From a virus: 64,000 bases of DNA. The notes beneath the pieces are model-generated. The model did no database searches. It was not told the origin of the DNA and saw only the letters and a list, made by a program, of their open reading frames with translations. Position 1 is the first letter of the stretch. The number at the start of each line of letters is the position of its first letter. The stretch lies in IMG/VR virus record IMGVR_UViG_3300005918_000012. The stretch is one strand, 5' to 3'. The translations under genes and the position numbers were made by a program. Shown piece after piece: positions 1 through 9,341 of this stretch.

Positions 1-573
1 CCTCTTACCCAGATTAAAGAGCGTAGATTCGATCTGATCGAACGTGCTCAAGATTTGGCCCGTGCTCAAATTCAGGCTGCTGAAGACGAACGTGTATTTG
101 CTGTCCTAGACAGTATTGCCACTGCCGGTTTCGATAGTCTGCCTGCTCAGATGAATGCTGACATCCCAGTTATAGCTCCTATTACTGGTCAGATTCTTGC
201 TGATGCTTTCTCTCTCGTTGAACGTCATGACCTTCGTGTAGCCCGTATCTACATGAATGCCCGTGATTATGCTGATCTTCGTAAGTTCGGTAGAGACATC
301 CTGGATATCGAATCTCAGGCAACTCTGCTTAAAACTGGTCTGATGGCAACCCTTTGGGGAGCTCAGATTGTTACCAGTCGTTTGGTGCCTGTTGGTACAG
401 TTTACATTTGCTGTGAGCCTGAGCATTTCGGTCGAATTCCGGTTCGTACTGAACTGACCGTCCTCTCCGCAGATGATCCAAAAGCTCGTACCATTGGTTT
501 CTCAGTATTTGAGAACCTCGGTATCGGTGCATTCAACCCTCGTGGTCTTGCACGTCTGACAATCACCCGATAA
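1..573 (+). CDS. Major capsid protein, HK97 fold (C-terminal part; 5' end lies outside the window)
   Basis: Frame 1 is open from base 1 (PLTQIKERRFDLIERAQDLARAQIQAAEDERVF...). It shows the typical A-domain pattern 'IYMNARDYADLRK...TLWGAQIVTSRLVPVGTVYI' and the C-terminal 'ENLGIGAFNPRGLARLTI'. Codon usage is biased as in highly expressed genes, and a strong terminator follows. Confidence 0.9.
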   Translation, partial: PLTQIKERRFDLIERAQDLARAQIQAAEDERVFAVLDSIATAGFDSLPAQMNADIPVIAPITGQILADAFSLVERHDLRVARIYMNARDYADLRKFGRDILDIESQATLLKTGLMATLWGAQIVTSRLVPVGTVYICCEPEHFGRIPVRTELTVLSADDPKARTIGFSVFENLGIGAFNPRGLARLTITR

Positions 574-597
574 CCTCGGTTGAATTTAAAGACTCTG

Positions 598-628
598 AAC
601 CCGACCCTCACAAGGGGTCGGGTTTTTT
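598..628 (+). terminator. Rho-independent terminator after MCP
   Basis: aacccgaccc-tcacaag-gggtcgggtt followed by a T-tract. Confidence 0.9.
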
Positions 629-694
629 CGTGGTTATTTCTTGGGGTGATTGGGTATAGTCCAAGGTGTCTGAATCACTTTTTTAGGATACCTG

Positions 695-949
695 ATGGAC
701 GTACTCGAAGTTAGAAATATAGAAGATCTTGCTATAGCTCCCAAAGCAAATGCCTTTAGAGTCCTGGATGACGGGAACGGGGTAGATTGTTTTCTGGACT
801 TTTTAGAGTATGACTTAGATAAAAACATAGCCTCCGTAGTATCCAGAATCCAGATAAACCGTGGGTTTCTCTTAGTAATTCGTGATCGTCTAACTCTTTC
901 CCTAAAAGAAATAACAAAAGAAACTAATGAAACGGCTGAGGGTGGGTAA
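695..949 (+). CDS. Small DUF3467-like protein (paralogue of 9704-10075)
   Basis: 'ANAFRV..DCFLDFL...ASVVSRIQI...IRDRL' aligns with 9704 'ADAFRV..DCVLDFL...AFVVARVRV...IRDRL'. The pattern resembles DUF3467. Confidence 0.55.
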   Translation: MDVLEVRNIEDLAIAPKANAFRVLDDGNGVDCFLDFLEYDLDKNIASVVSRIQINRGFLLVIRDRLTLSLKEITKETNETAEGG

Positions 950-1037
950 AATAATAACTTCTTTTTTGGTCTTGACGGTAAAGTAAGTTGAATTGTTTTT
1001 TAGGTGCTGTTGAACATAACAAGTATTGGAGAGAAAT

Positions 1038-2060
1038 ATGGCCCAGATAGTTTTTGTACGTGGTGAGTTCCAGAAGTTCAGGACTTTGAGTAATATTCAT
1101 ATGGGATCTTATGAAAAGGATCTGATAGCGGAGTCCGAGGTTGAGTTTGATGGAGCAGTTTTGAAATGGGGTGGTGAAGAGTTCAATCTTCCTACTTTCA
1201 TTGGTGCTATTAATGCAGGTTGGGTTGTCCCGATTGAGGATAACGTCAGCATATACAGACCGAAGCCTGCAGGAGTGAAAGTCCGTCCAGCTACCTCTGA
1301 TGGTCCTGAGCGTGGTGAGGAAATGGAGATTGGTCCTACTCCTGATGAGGATGAAGTCTTTGTCGGCACGGTAGACGATAATAATGCCCGTCGTAATGCT
1401 ACCAATAATCCAACACCAGCCCTTTTAACTACCCCTCAAGCCACTGATGCTTCCATGGCTAAAGCAGCAGCTTTGGCAGAAGCTCGTCGGAAACAAGCAG
1501 ATGCTTCCGAAGCTACGGTTTTGGCAGAAGATGCAGGGGAAGTTCCAAGTGTCCAGCATTCTGATGATGATGACCCTGCACAGGTTGTAATCCAAACTAA
1601 AGTTTTTGATGATACTCCGAAAGTTACTCATAATGGAATGGAGATCGTCTCTGATGTGCAAGATGGAGTTCCTGTAGCTACTATTGGTGGTAGAAGCTCT
1701 GCTGCTGTTGGTGCTCCTGGTGAAACTGCTGGTAAAGCTCGAACAGTTCTATCTGATTCTGCTTCGGCAGCTACGGCTGTCAGAATGGCTGAGGCAACTC
1801 GTCCATCTAAGACAATTGCAAAAGTAGCAGCCCCTGTAGCTCAAGCAGCCCCTGTAGCTTTACCAGGCTCTGCAATGCCAGTAGTCCAGAAGCAGGCATC
1901 GGTTAAATGGAAACGTGGGAACTTGAAACCTTCTGAACGTGCAGTAGCAGCTGTAAAGAAATATGGCTCTGACGATAACCTTATTAAACAGGTTATGAAG
2001 CAAGAAACAGATCAGGTTCGTCGTCTGATTCGGTCTGAAATCAAGAAACAAAAAGCTTAA
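1038..2060 (+). CDS. Hypothetical protein with a globular N-terminus, long Ala/Pro/acidic linker and basic C-terminal helical domain
   Basis: Long ORF. GGAG SD precedes the ATG at 1038, which is preferred over the TTG at 1026. Confidence 0.75.
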   Translation: MAQIVFVRGEFQKFRTLSNIHMGSYEKDLIAESEVEFDGAVLKWGGEEFNLPTFIGAINAGWVVPIEDNVSIYRPKPAGVKVRPATSDGPERGEEMEIGPTPDEDEVFVGTVDDNNARRNATNNPTPALLTTPQATDASMAKAAALAEARRKQADASEATVLAEDAGEVPSVQHSDDDDPAQVVIQTKVFDDTPKVTHNGMEIVSDVQDGVPVATIGGRSSAAVGAPGETAGKARTVLSDSASAATAVRMAEATRPSKTIAKVAAPVAQAAPVALPGSAMPVVQKQASVKWKRGNLKPSERAVAAVKKYGSDDNLIKQVMKQETDQVRRLIRSEIKKQKA

Positions 2061-2085
2061 ACCCTCTTATGGGTCGGTATTCTTT

Positions 2086-2139
2086 CAATGAAAAACCTCT
2101 GTTAGGATGTTAGTGTTTCCTGATGGAGGTTTTTCATTG
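2086..2139 (+). promoter_or_regulatory. 22-bp hairpin occluding the SD and start of ORF 2139
   Basis: caatgaaaaacctctgttagga / tcctgatggaggtttttcattg, with G-U pairs. The 3' arm contains GGAGG and reaches the GTG start. Confidence 0.75.
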
Positions 2140-2543
2140 TGACAAACAACAAACAAGCTAGTAGCCAAGCAGCATGGGCACTTCTTACAGAAGGTGTTTC
2201 TCAGGCTAGGGTTGATGCCCACCGTCTGAACCATCTGATAAACCGAGCCCTCCAGTTAGTAGAGGCCTCGGATGAAAAAGAACACCTTTACCAAATCGGA
2301 GGGGACATTATCCTTGGAGCTCCAAAGCTTTTGAAAAGTCTGGAACGAGATTTAGATCGAACCAGTTTGGCCTTATCCAAGATGGGTATTGAATTCTTAT
2401 CAGCAAGGCTTCCTCTCTCTGATAAAACTATGATTGATGAGGCTATTGAAGCTGCTTTTGGTTCGGCCACTCTACGAAACTCTGATGTGGATAAACTGGC
2501 TAGAAGGTTTATGTTAGCTGGTACTCGAAGTGAGTCAAAATGA
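2139..2543 (+). CDS. Hypothetical helical protein with N-terminal KQA motif
   Basis: GGAGG SD plus GTG start. Stop overlaps the next start (ATGA). Confidence 0.75.
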   Translation: MTNNKQASSQAAWALLTEGVSQARVDAHRLNHLINRALQLVEASDEKEHLYQIGGDIILGAPKLLKSLERDLDRTSLALSKMGIEFLSARLPLSDKTMIDEAIEAAFGSATLRNSDVDKLARRFMLAGTRSESK

Positions 2544-4078
2544 AAAAAAACAGTTACAGTAGGCCAACAGAGGAATTATCGGGGTATAAGACGTTTGTAC
2601 GTCCTGACACGGCTGATAGCGGGAAAGGTGTCAAACAAGTCCTTCCCTCCCCTCCTTGGTCACGTAGTAAGCCTTCACCACCTTTAGGGTTCGGTAAGCC
2701 TGCCCCTGGGAATCAGAACTACAAGATCCCGAATAAGCCGGGTGAGGATTCTCCTGTTCCATATGCAACTCCGAGTACCACGGTTCAACGTAGACCTGAA
2801 GTGAACTCATCTTTTGCCCACCCAAAGCCCCCGACAGCTCCAGATCGTCAACGGGATCAACGGGGGCAGGCCAAGATGTATTACAAGAAATACTATAATA
2901 GGAACAAAGGAAAAATCAAACATGAGATGAATGTTTGGTACAAAAGGCATAAAAACAAATTTAATTTCAAAAAAGACCAGAGACTCCGAAGGGAAAAACC
3001 TCAAAGCTATGATCGTAAGCCTGGAGGCGGGGTCAAGGAAGTGAAGAACCGATCTCAGGAGAATCGTCAGAAGACAGCCGAGATGATGAATCTCCCAGTA
3101 GCTCATATGTATAGTATGAGGACAGGTCAATATGGGATGATGCTTGGTGCTGATCCTGATACCGGTTATATCTTGATTTACCTTGATAATCATCAAACAG
3201 CTGAGATACCCTTTGAGGTTTTTTTGGAAGACTTTGTGATGTTATCAGAAAAAGATATTGATATTGCCATAGATAATATGGATGCTGCTTTTGGTATTGA
3301 TGTCGAAGAAGCCTTCCTTGATAAAGTAGCTGATTTCCTGTATGAGAAACGTCCTCCTGATATGGACCCTGGCACTCATTATGACCGGGGGTCTGAACGA
3401 CAGAAGGATGATGAAGTCCCAGCTCCTGGTAGGATGCCTTATACTCATGTCAGGGATAACCCGGGATCAGCTAAAGTTATTCCTGACAACAAAGACTTTG
3501 TTAATAATAAAGCTGCTCTTAAAGTGGCAACTAAGATTAAAGATATCCGGGATGCTTGCAGCTCTGAACTTCGATCAAAAGCCGGCGGTGTGAAGATTCG
3601 TTTAGCCAGGGTAGACAGCAAGAATGCAATGTGGTCATTTGATGCAACAGGCTCTGGTGGGAAAAAATACCGAATTAAAATTAAAGCCTTAGCCAAGGGT
3701 AATATCAAGGATATGAAGAAAACGGATATCCTCGTATCCTGTACTTGTCCTTACTGGCAATGGCAAGGTCCTGAGTATTATGCTAAGAAAGAAGGGTACT
3801 TGTTAGGTAAGCCTCGGGGAACGGCATCAAAACCTGACGTTAAAGACCCTCACAGCCGTCATAAGGCGTGTAAACATATCCTTGCTGTACTAGATAGGGT
3901 AGCAGGTTATACTGTGCCTAAAGGCAGAAAGACCGCTTCTGCTATTCAGTATTTAGCTACTATTATTTCCCAAAGTAAAATAAAGATCGTTTCTGACGAT
4001 CAAATGGAGTTAGAGATGTTCATTCATCGGTATGGTTTAGAAAAGGATTTTAAAGGAGAAATCGATGCCGATTTATGA
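2540..4078 (+). CDS. Multidomain basic protein with C-terminal SWIM zinc finger
   Basis: 'VSCTCPYWQW...ACKHILAVL' matches the CxC...CxH SWIM motif. Domains are separated by KTA/KVA motifs. Confidence 0.75.
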   Translation: MKKNSYSRPTEELSGYKTFVRPDTADSGKGVKQVLPSPPWSRSKPSPPLGFGKPAPGNQNYKIPNKPGEDSPVPYATPSTTVQRRPEVNSSFAHPKPPTAPDRQRDQRGQAKMYYKKYYNRNKGKIKHEMNVWYKRHKNKFNFKKDQRLRREKPQSYDRKPGGGVKEVKNRSQENRQKTAEMMNLPVAHMYSMRTGQYGMMLGADPDTGYILIYLDNHQTAEIPFEVFLEDFVMLSEKDIDIAIDNMDAAFGIDVEEAFLDKVADFLYEKRPPDMDPGTHYDRGSERQKDDEVPAPGRMPYTHVRDNPGSAKVIPDNKDFVNNKAALKVATKIKDIRDACSSELRSKAGGVKIRLARVDSKNAMWSFDATGSGGKKYRIKIKALAKGNIKDMKKTDILVSCTCPYWQWQGPEYYAKKEGYLLGKPRGTASKPDVKDPHSRHKACKHILAVLDRVAGYTVPKGRKTASAIQYLATIISQSKIKIVSDDQMELEMFIHRYGLEKDFKGEIDADL

Positions 4079-4448
4079 ATACCAGTGTGAGAGTTGTTTG
4101 ATAGAGTTTGAGATGCTTTTGTTTTTTAGTGAATATAAAGACCCTCAAGTTTGCCCGACATGCGGGAAACCAGCTAAGAAGTTGGTGTCCTTGGGTGATT
4201 TTGTTTTGAAGGGTGATGGATGGTATGGCAAAGCCTTGAAAATTAAAGGTCAGATGAAAAAGAAAAACGAGCGGATTCTAGCACGTCAGAAAGACCGGTA
4301 TCATGGAACTGGTGCAAGCCTTCAACCCAATGTAGATGGGCAGCCTGTTGATACATGGAAAGACGCTCAAAAACTTGCTGCCGATAAGGGAAAGGTTGCT
4401 GAAACCTATACCCCGATGGTGGAAAAAGAAAAAAGAGGTGAATCATGA
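4065..4448 (+). CDS. FmdB-family zinc-ribbon protein
   Basis: MPIYEYQCESC...CPTCGK...KLVS..FVLKGDGWY. Confidence 0.85.
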   Translation: MPIYEYQCESCLIEFEMLLFFSEYKDPQVCPTCGKPAKKLVSLGDFVLKGDGWYGKALKIKGQMKKKNERILARQKDRYHGTGASLQPNVDGQPVDTWKDAQKLAADKGKVAETYTPMVEKEKRGES

Positions 4449-5302
4449 GCAGTTATGGACCGTTCGATACCAGAATAGGTGTCTTAGAGCGTTTACCACA
4501 TTTTGTAGATCTTATTACCAGAAACAAACCCGGTGTAACTCAATATCGACTCTGGGGTGCTCGTAATGTCAATGATGCTTACGGGGATCTGACTGATAGT
4601 GGTGTGGGAGGTACAGGACCGACTTTGATGATGACTGCAAATGCAAATCAACGAGTCCAGAGTCCTACTTTAATCCATCGGAAAGCTGGTTGGGTTGAAG
4701 AAAGCCGGAGAGGCCAGACTTCATTTCAATTTGACATTGTAGATTTCTTAGCTCCTGCCAACCCGAAACCTTTCGGGACGGACGAAGAGACAGTTTATGT
4801 CCGTTTGCAAGAGTTTCGTCAATCCACAGGTAGTTGGGCAGAAGTCCCGATAGGAGCTCCTATCAATCCTGGAACTCCGATCTTAGGACCCATCTTGGCT
4901 GTCCCCGGAGCAAACCAAAATAAACAAGTGCCTCTGACGATCAGCGGGATAGCTCCTGCCGAGACAGGGTGTATGGAGATGTATCCTCCGAACTTTGATG
5001 AGACTGTTCAAATGGCTCTCCCGATGCACATTGTATTCCCCAGGCCAATCGGAACTCTTATGATCAGGAATGATGCTGAGGATGCAGACACATGGCTTTT
5101 AGTTTCCTATGGTATCGGCCAGCCGATGATAGCCCTTCCAGGCGGAGGGTCAAATGCTAGTATTCTTGTCCATGATACTCTTGAAGGTTCTATCAGTGAT
5201 ATTGTTTTAGCTAGTAGCTCCCCAGTTCCTGCTGCTTCTATTGGTGCTGATCCTGGATGTCCATTTACTATGGATGCTGTTACAATGAGCTGGCTTGTAT
5301 AG
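4445..5302 (+). CDS. Hypothetical beta-rich protein, probably virion-associated
   Basis: GAGG SD, ATGA overlap, and position in the head module. Confidence 0.6.
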   Translation: MSSYGPFDTRIGVLERLPHFVDLITRNKPGVTQYRLWGARNVNDAYGDLTDSGVGGTGPTLMMTANANQRVQSPTLIHRKAGWVEESRRGQTSFQFDIVDFLAPANPKPFGTDEETVYVRLQEFRQSTGSWAEVPIGAPINPGTPILGPILAVPGANQNKQVPLTISGIAPAETGCMEMYPPNFDETVQMALPMHIVFPRPIGTLMIRNDAEDADTWLLVSYGIGQPMIALPGGGSNASILVHDTLEGSISDIVLASSSPVPAASIGADPGCPFTMDAVTMSWLV

Positions 5303-5371
5303 AGTTTTGAATATGTCACCTGGTGAGGATCAGGTGACATTATAGGTAGGTTTAGGTAAAGGAGAAAGAAT

Positions 5372-5824
5372 ATGATTATTAAGACCCCTTCGTGGAATGA
5401 AGACGGGTGGATATATCTGACAGATATAGAAAACCCACACATCAACCCATTACTTTTTTCCAGACAAGAGTATAAACACCCTTGTCCAACTCATCCTGTT
5501 AGGATGAACCCCGACCATCTTTTGCTTCGAGAGGTTGGAGATGTTTCAAAGTATGACCCAGATAAATTGGGACATACCCACATGAACGTCAATCCTCGGA
5601 TCATTGAAACCTGGATGGAGATGCTGGATAAAGACCACAGCAGCCCCACACCTCATTGCTGGGTGGTTTATTTCATGAGGAAAGGTAAGGAAGAATCCTT
5701 GATAACCTCTGAGAATGTCTACCTAATGAGTGATAAAGGTGATACCATTGACAAACATCTTATCCTTGGACGAGAGAATCTTGAAGGCAAGAATGCTAAT
5801 ATGAGAGCTTTAACTGGACATTAA
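5372..5824 (+). CDS. Hypothetical accessory protein (C-terminal 'VYLMSDKGDTID' motif)
   Basis: AAGGAG SD. Flanked by a hairpin (5313-5340) and a terminator. Confidence 0.7.
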   Translation: MIIKTPSWNEDGWIYLTDIENPHINPLLFSRQEYKHPCPTHPVRMNPDHLLLREVGDVSKYDPDKLGHTHMNVNPRIIETWMEMLDKDHSSPTPHCWVVYFMRKGKEESLITSENVYLMSDKGDTIDKHLILGRENLEGKNANMRALTGH

Positions 5825-5844
5825 CTAAAACAAGCCTACCTATT

Positions 5845-5874
5845 AAAGCCGAGGTTTAAAAGCCTCGGCTTTTT
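5845..5874 (+). terminator. Rho-independent terminator
   Basis: aaagccgagg-tttaaaag-cctcggcttttt. Confidence 0.85.
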
Positions 5875-5986
5875 AGTATAAACAAACTATTGGGGATATA
5901 CTTGGTTTAATAAACCCTTATATATAAATGAGCAAGGATTGGCCTTGCTTGTTCGGATGATTTTTTTTTAAGATGGAGGTTAAAAT

Positions 5987-7171
5987 ATGCCTTATATCTG
6001 TCTAACAAGAACCGACATCCCGGACGGTACATTGCAAATTTTGGATTTGCTTCCTAACGCATCACAACGGCATCCGGGTTATGACCCTCCTGCTCAAACA
6101 CGATACGTTAATCGAGTCCAAAATGAAGCTCTGGCTCTCGTCAATGGGGTGTCCAACGGGATAAAGAATGGGCTTTCGGCCTATATCCTGGACAGAATTG
6201 AACCTGGTGGCACACAAGTTGGAACGGCTGAAGTGGATTTGGATGCTCCTGGGGTAGTCCTTGATCCTGATACTATTACCATTGGTGGTGTAGTTTTCAC
6301 GGCAACTGATGTTTGGCCACCTGACCCAGCCTTGCAGTTTTTTAGCTCTGATGCTGGAGCTGGCTCAGATGAAACAGTCATGGCAAACTCACTCATTGAT
6401 GCTGTAAACGACCCAGCTTCCCAGGTATTGCTTCTGGCAGCGGGTGGTACTTGTACTGCTTCGGCTGGTGGTTCTCTTGGTGCTGGTCAAGTTCTTTTGA
6501 CGGCTGATACTGCCGGTGCAACTGGAGCTTTGACTCTGGCTGAAAGCACTGCTGGTGCTCGTATTGATATCACGGACGATCATTTGTCCAGGACTTTTGA
6601 GGATTTCACGGCCAGACAGATTGCTAATATCTCTGAACGGATTATTATCCGATTAGATGCAGCTTCGGCTCTGACGGCAACTGATGTTAATACAGCTATC
6701 AATGCTGAAGGTGGTGTTACAGGATGTGACATTGCAAGTGTTGGTACTTTAGGCTCTCTGATAGAAATGCTTTCAATCTTGGCAGGACGTGGATATCGTC
6801 TGCCACACTTTGCAACCATTTACACAGGAGCTGGGTACGACATTTGGCATTCAGCAGCAGCCGGAAGTTTTGACATTTCCCATTTGGTGAATGACAGTCG
6901 GATGGTAGCTGGTGAACTCGTACCGAATAACATTGGTGGTGACACTGCTCTGATGCCTGTTAAGGGGATCACGAACACTTACCACAGTTCGGCTTTGGAA
7001 GTTTCTCTCTTGGAGGGTGACTTATCTAAAATGGGTGCTGGAATCACTCTCTGGCCAGACAGTGATGATGTTCCTCATTTCCCGTGGACCTACCAAAAAG
7101 GTACAGCCTACTCAACAGTAACCGCCCGTGTCGTCACAGTTTATGACGATGACGGCACAGTTCTCGTTTAA
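5987..7171 (+). CDS. Putative virion (decoration-like) protein, paralogue 1 of 3, carrying an inserted domain
   Basis: GGAGG SD. Shares N-terminal R-x-D...LQI-x-DL-x-PN-x-SQ, central GS-x-x-E-x-L-x-ILAG-x-x-YR and C-terminal VYDDDGT-x-L with the next two ORFs. Confidence 0.7.
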   Translation: MPYICLTRTDIPDGTLQILDLLPNASQRHPGYDPPAQTRYVNRVQNEALALVNGVSNGIKNGLSAYILDRIEPGGTQVGTAEVDLDAPGVVLDPDTITIGGVVFTATDVWPPDPALQFFSSDAGAGSDETVMANSLIDAVNDPASQVLLLAAGGTCTASAGGSLGAGQVLLTADTAGATGALTLAESTAGARIDITDDHLSRTFEDFTARQIANISERIIIRLDAASALTATDVNTAINAEGGVTGCDIASVGTLGSLIEMLSILAGRGYRLPHFATIYTGAGYDIWHSAAAGSFDISHLVNDSRMVAGELVPNNIGGDTALMPVKGITNTYHSSALEVSLLEGDLSKMGAGITLWPDSDDVPHFPWTYQKGTAYSTVTARVVTVYDDDGTVLV

Positions 7172-7183
7172 AGGAGGATACAA

Positions 7184-8005
7184 ATGGCTTATGCTTATAT
7201 CGTACTTAACAGAAACGACATTGCAGACAATCTTCTGCAAGTGTTTGACATCAAACCTAACACCAGCCAACTTGGAATCTATGATTCCGTCTGGGCTAAT
7301 CAAGGTGGACAAACAGGTTATTTGACTTGGTTGTCACAGCATGATGTCGTAGCTACAACAACGGGTGCTGCTAATATCGAAGTTACCGATGCAGCCTATA
7401 AAGGTCTGAATGCCTACTTGATTGATAATGTTGAGAACGTGCAGGGTGATGGCGGACCGAACCCTGACTTGGCTCTGACCGATACTTTTGCTATTGCAAT
7501 TGGTGATGCTATCCGAGATCGAATGTCTGCAGGCGGAACTTTGACTCTAGCAATCATCAATGGCCTCATCAATACAGCTTGTGGTGGACTAGCTAGTTCT
7601 GATCTTGATGGTACATTACCTAACTCTTACTCGACTGGGTCAGTAGAAGAGCTTCTACGTGTCCTGGCTGGTGAGGTTTACCGTGTTCCAGCAGCAGCCC
7701 AAGTTGGTAATGCTGATAATGGTTTCCCTGGTGATGGCACAACTCACGTCCCACTTGGTGCCTTTGTAGCTTCTACGGACAGTGAATACCGTGGTGTCCG
7801 TAAGTTTGCCAACACAGGTTCTCTGAACTTGTCGTGTTTGTCGGGCAATATGTCCAAAATGAAAGCTGCTACTTACTCATGGTTGAATCCTTCCTACACT
7901 TATGGTGCAGCAGGAACAGCAGTGACTTTGAGCGGTGATCATATCCCAGCAACCGGAGTTGCAGCAGCTGTTGCAGTCTACGAAAACGACGGCACTTTGC
8001 TGTAA
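7184..8005 (+). CDS. Putative virion protein, paralogue 2 of 3
   Basis: AGGAGG SD. RNDIADNLLQVFDIKPNTSQ / GSVEELLRVLAGEVYR / VYENDGTLL. Confidence 0.7.
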   Translation: MAYAYIVLNRNDIADNLLQVFDIKPNTSQLGIYDSVWANQGGQTGYLTWLSQHDVVATTTGAANIEVTDAAYKGLNAYLIDNVENVQGDGGPNPDLALTDTFAIAIGDAIRDRMSAGGTLTLAIINGLINTACGGLASSDLDGTLPNSYSTGSVEELLRVLAGEVYRVPAAAQVGNADNGFPGDGTTHVPLGAFVASTDSEYRGVRKFANTGSLNLSCLSGNMSKMKAATYSWLNPSYTYGAAGTAVTLSGDHIPATGVAAAVAVYENDGTLL

Positions 8006-8017
8006 GGAGGTTAAACT

Positions 8018-8965
8018 ATGGCACATAGAGCTTACGTTCTTGCCCAACGAAACGATGTGACTGGGATGAATATCCAAGTCCTTGATCTCAAACCTAACTC
8101 GAGCCAGAAAAGTAGCTCGTATGACGGTGATGGTCAAACCTTTTATTTGAACTCCATCGACACCGCCGGAGTGACTCATATGATTGATAATGGATATGAG
8201 TCAGGCAGTCGTCAAACTATCATGAGTGTCTTTTACGATGCTGTAGCCGATGATACCACCGGTGGTGGTAATGATGTTCTGGCCAACCAGAATGCCTGTC
8301 TTGGTCTAGCAGCTTACCTTCGTGAGCGTGTCCAACCGGGCGGTGTGGCTTCGGCTGTAGCTGGTCGGATGACTTGGGCCCACGCCAACACACAAGCTGG
8401 TGCAATTTTGGCATTAGTTGTTTCAGGTGGTGATTTGACTTTGGCTGGTATCAATGCAGTCTTGTCAAGCGTACCTGATGGTGGTATTGCTGCCACAGAC
8501 CTTGATGGTGCAGCAATTCTTTCTCTGTCCTTCGGGTCAGTAGATGACATTCTCCGTATCATAGCTGGTGAGATTTACCGGTCACCGATGGATTGTATCA
8601 TCTGTACCCAAGCCAACGTGTTTTTGAATTTGGCAAGTAGAGATGCTCTGGTACTTGCTCAATTGCCCGCAGTTACGGGTCAAACCTTCGTGTCTCAGGG
8701 TGCTTTCTTGAGTAATCTGGAAAATGGTTACGAAAGAATTCCAACCTTGGCTGTCACAGGTGACATGTATGCCTCAATGGGTGGTGGTTATCTGTTTAAG
8801 ATGGAAGCTGGGCAGACCTTCAAAAACCCTAACTTTGCTTATGCAGCAGCAGACGTAACTGAGTTCAAACCTCGTGCATATGACCTGAGTGGTGTAGTTA
8901 TCCCTGTTACAGGGACTCTGGGAACTGTACGTGTTTACGATGAAGAAGGAACCAACTTGTTATAA
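8018..8965 (+). CDS. Putative virion protein, paralogue 3 of 3
   Basis: AAGGAGG SD. RNDVTGMNIQVLDLKPNSSQ / GSVDDILRIIAGEIYR / VYDEEGTNLL. Confidence 0.7.
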   Translation: MAHRAYVLAQRNDVTGMNIQVLDLKPNSSQKSSSYDGDGQTFYLNSIDTAGVTHMIDNGYESGSRQTIMSVFYDAVADDTTGGGNDVLANQNACLGLAAYLRERVQPGGVASAVAGRMTWAHANTQAGAILALVVSGGDLTLAGINAVLSSVPDGGIAATDLDGAAILSLSFGSVDDILRIIAGEIYRSPMDCIICTQANVFLNLASRDALVLAQLPAVTGQTFVSQGAFLSNLENGYERIPTLAVTGDMYASMGGGYLFKMEAGQTFKNPNFAYAAADVTEFKPRAYDLSGVVIPVTGTLGTVRVYDEEGTNLL

Positions 8966-8989
8966 AAGGTTGATTCTGTAAGGTTTTTT

Positions 8990-9019
8990 AGACGGAGATC
9001 CCTCGGGGTCTCCGTTTTT
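8990..9019 (+). terminator. Rho-independent terminator
   Basis: agacggagatccc-tc-ggggtctccgttttt. Confidence 0.85.
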
Positions 9020-9095
9020 CTTTAATTAGTCACCCTATATAGGAACCCCGTTTTTTTTGAACGGTGGATAAATACAAACTGACAGGAGAACAGAC

Positions 9096-9341
9096 ATGGA
9101 AAATGAAACCGGGTACAGAACGTCAGATCTTTACTATGCAGCTTACTTGAAAGTGGCTGGTGTGGAATTCAAAGGCACGACTAAGGAAGGAAAACGAGTT
9201 TTCTTCTTGTTTGAGAATGCCGAAGGAATGGCTGATTTGAAGAAGCAGTATTTCAACCGATATGCAAAAGTATCGGCTCTGAGTTTTGCTGACGAAATCC
9301 GTTCGATGAAGAACTTAACTTACATGGAGACCGGAAGCTAA
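9096..9341 (+). CDS. DUF5659-like small protein
   Basis: 'YRTSDLYYAAYLKVAG...EGKRVFFLFE' resembles the phage DUF5659 pattern. AGGAG SD. Confidence 0.7.
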   Translation: MENETGYRTSDLYYAAYLKVAGVEFKGTTKEGKRVFFLFENAEGMADLKKQYFNRYAKVSALSFADEIRSMKNLTYMETGS

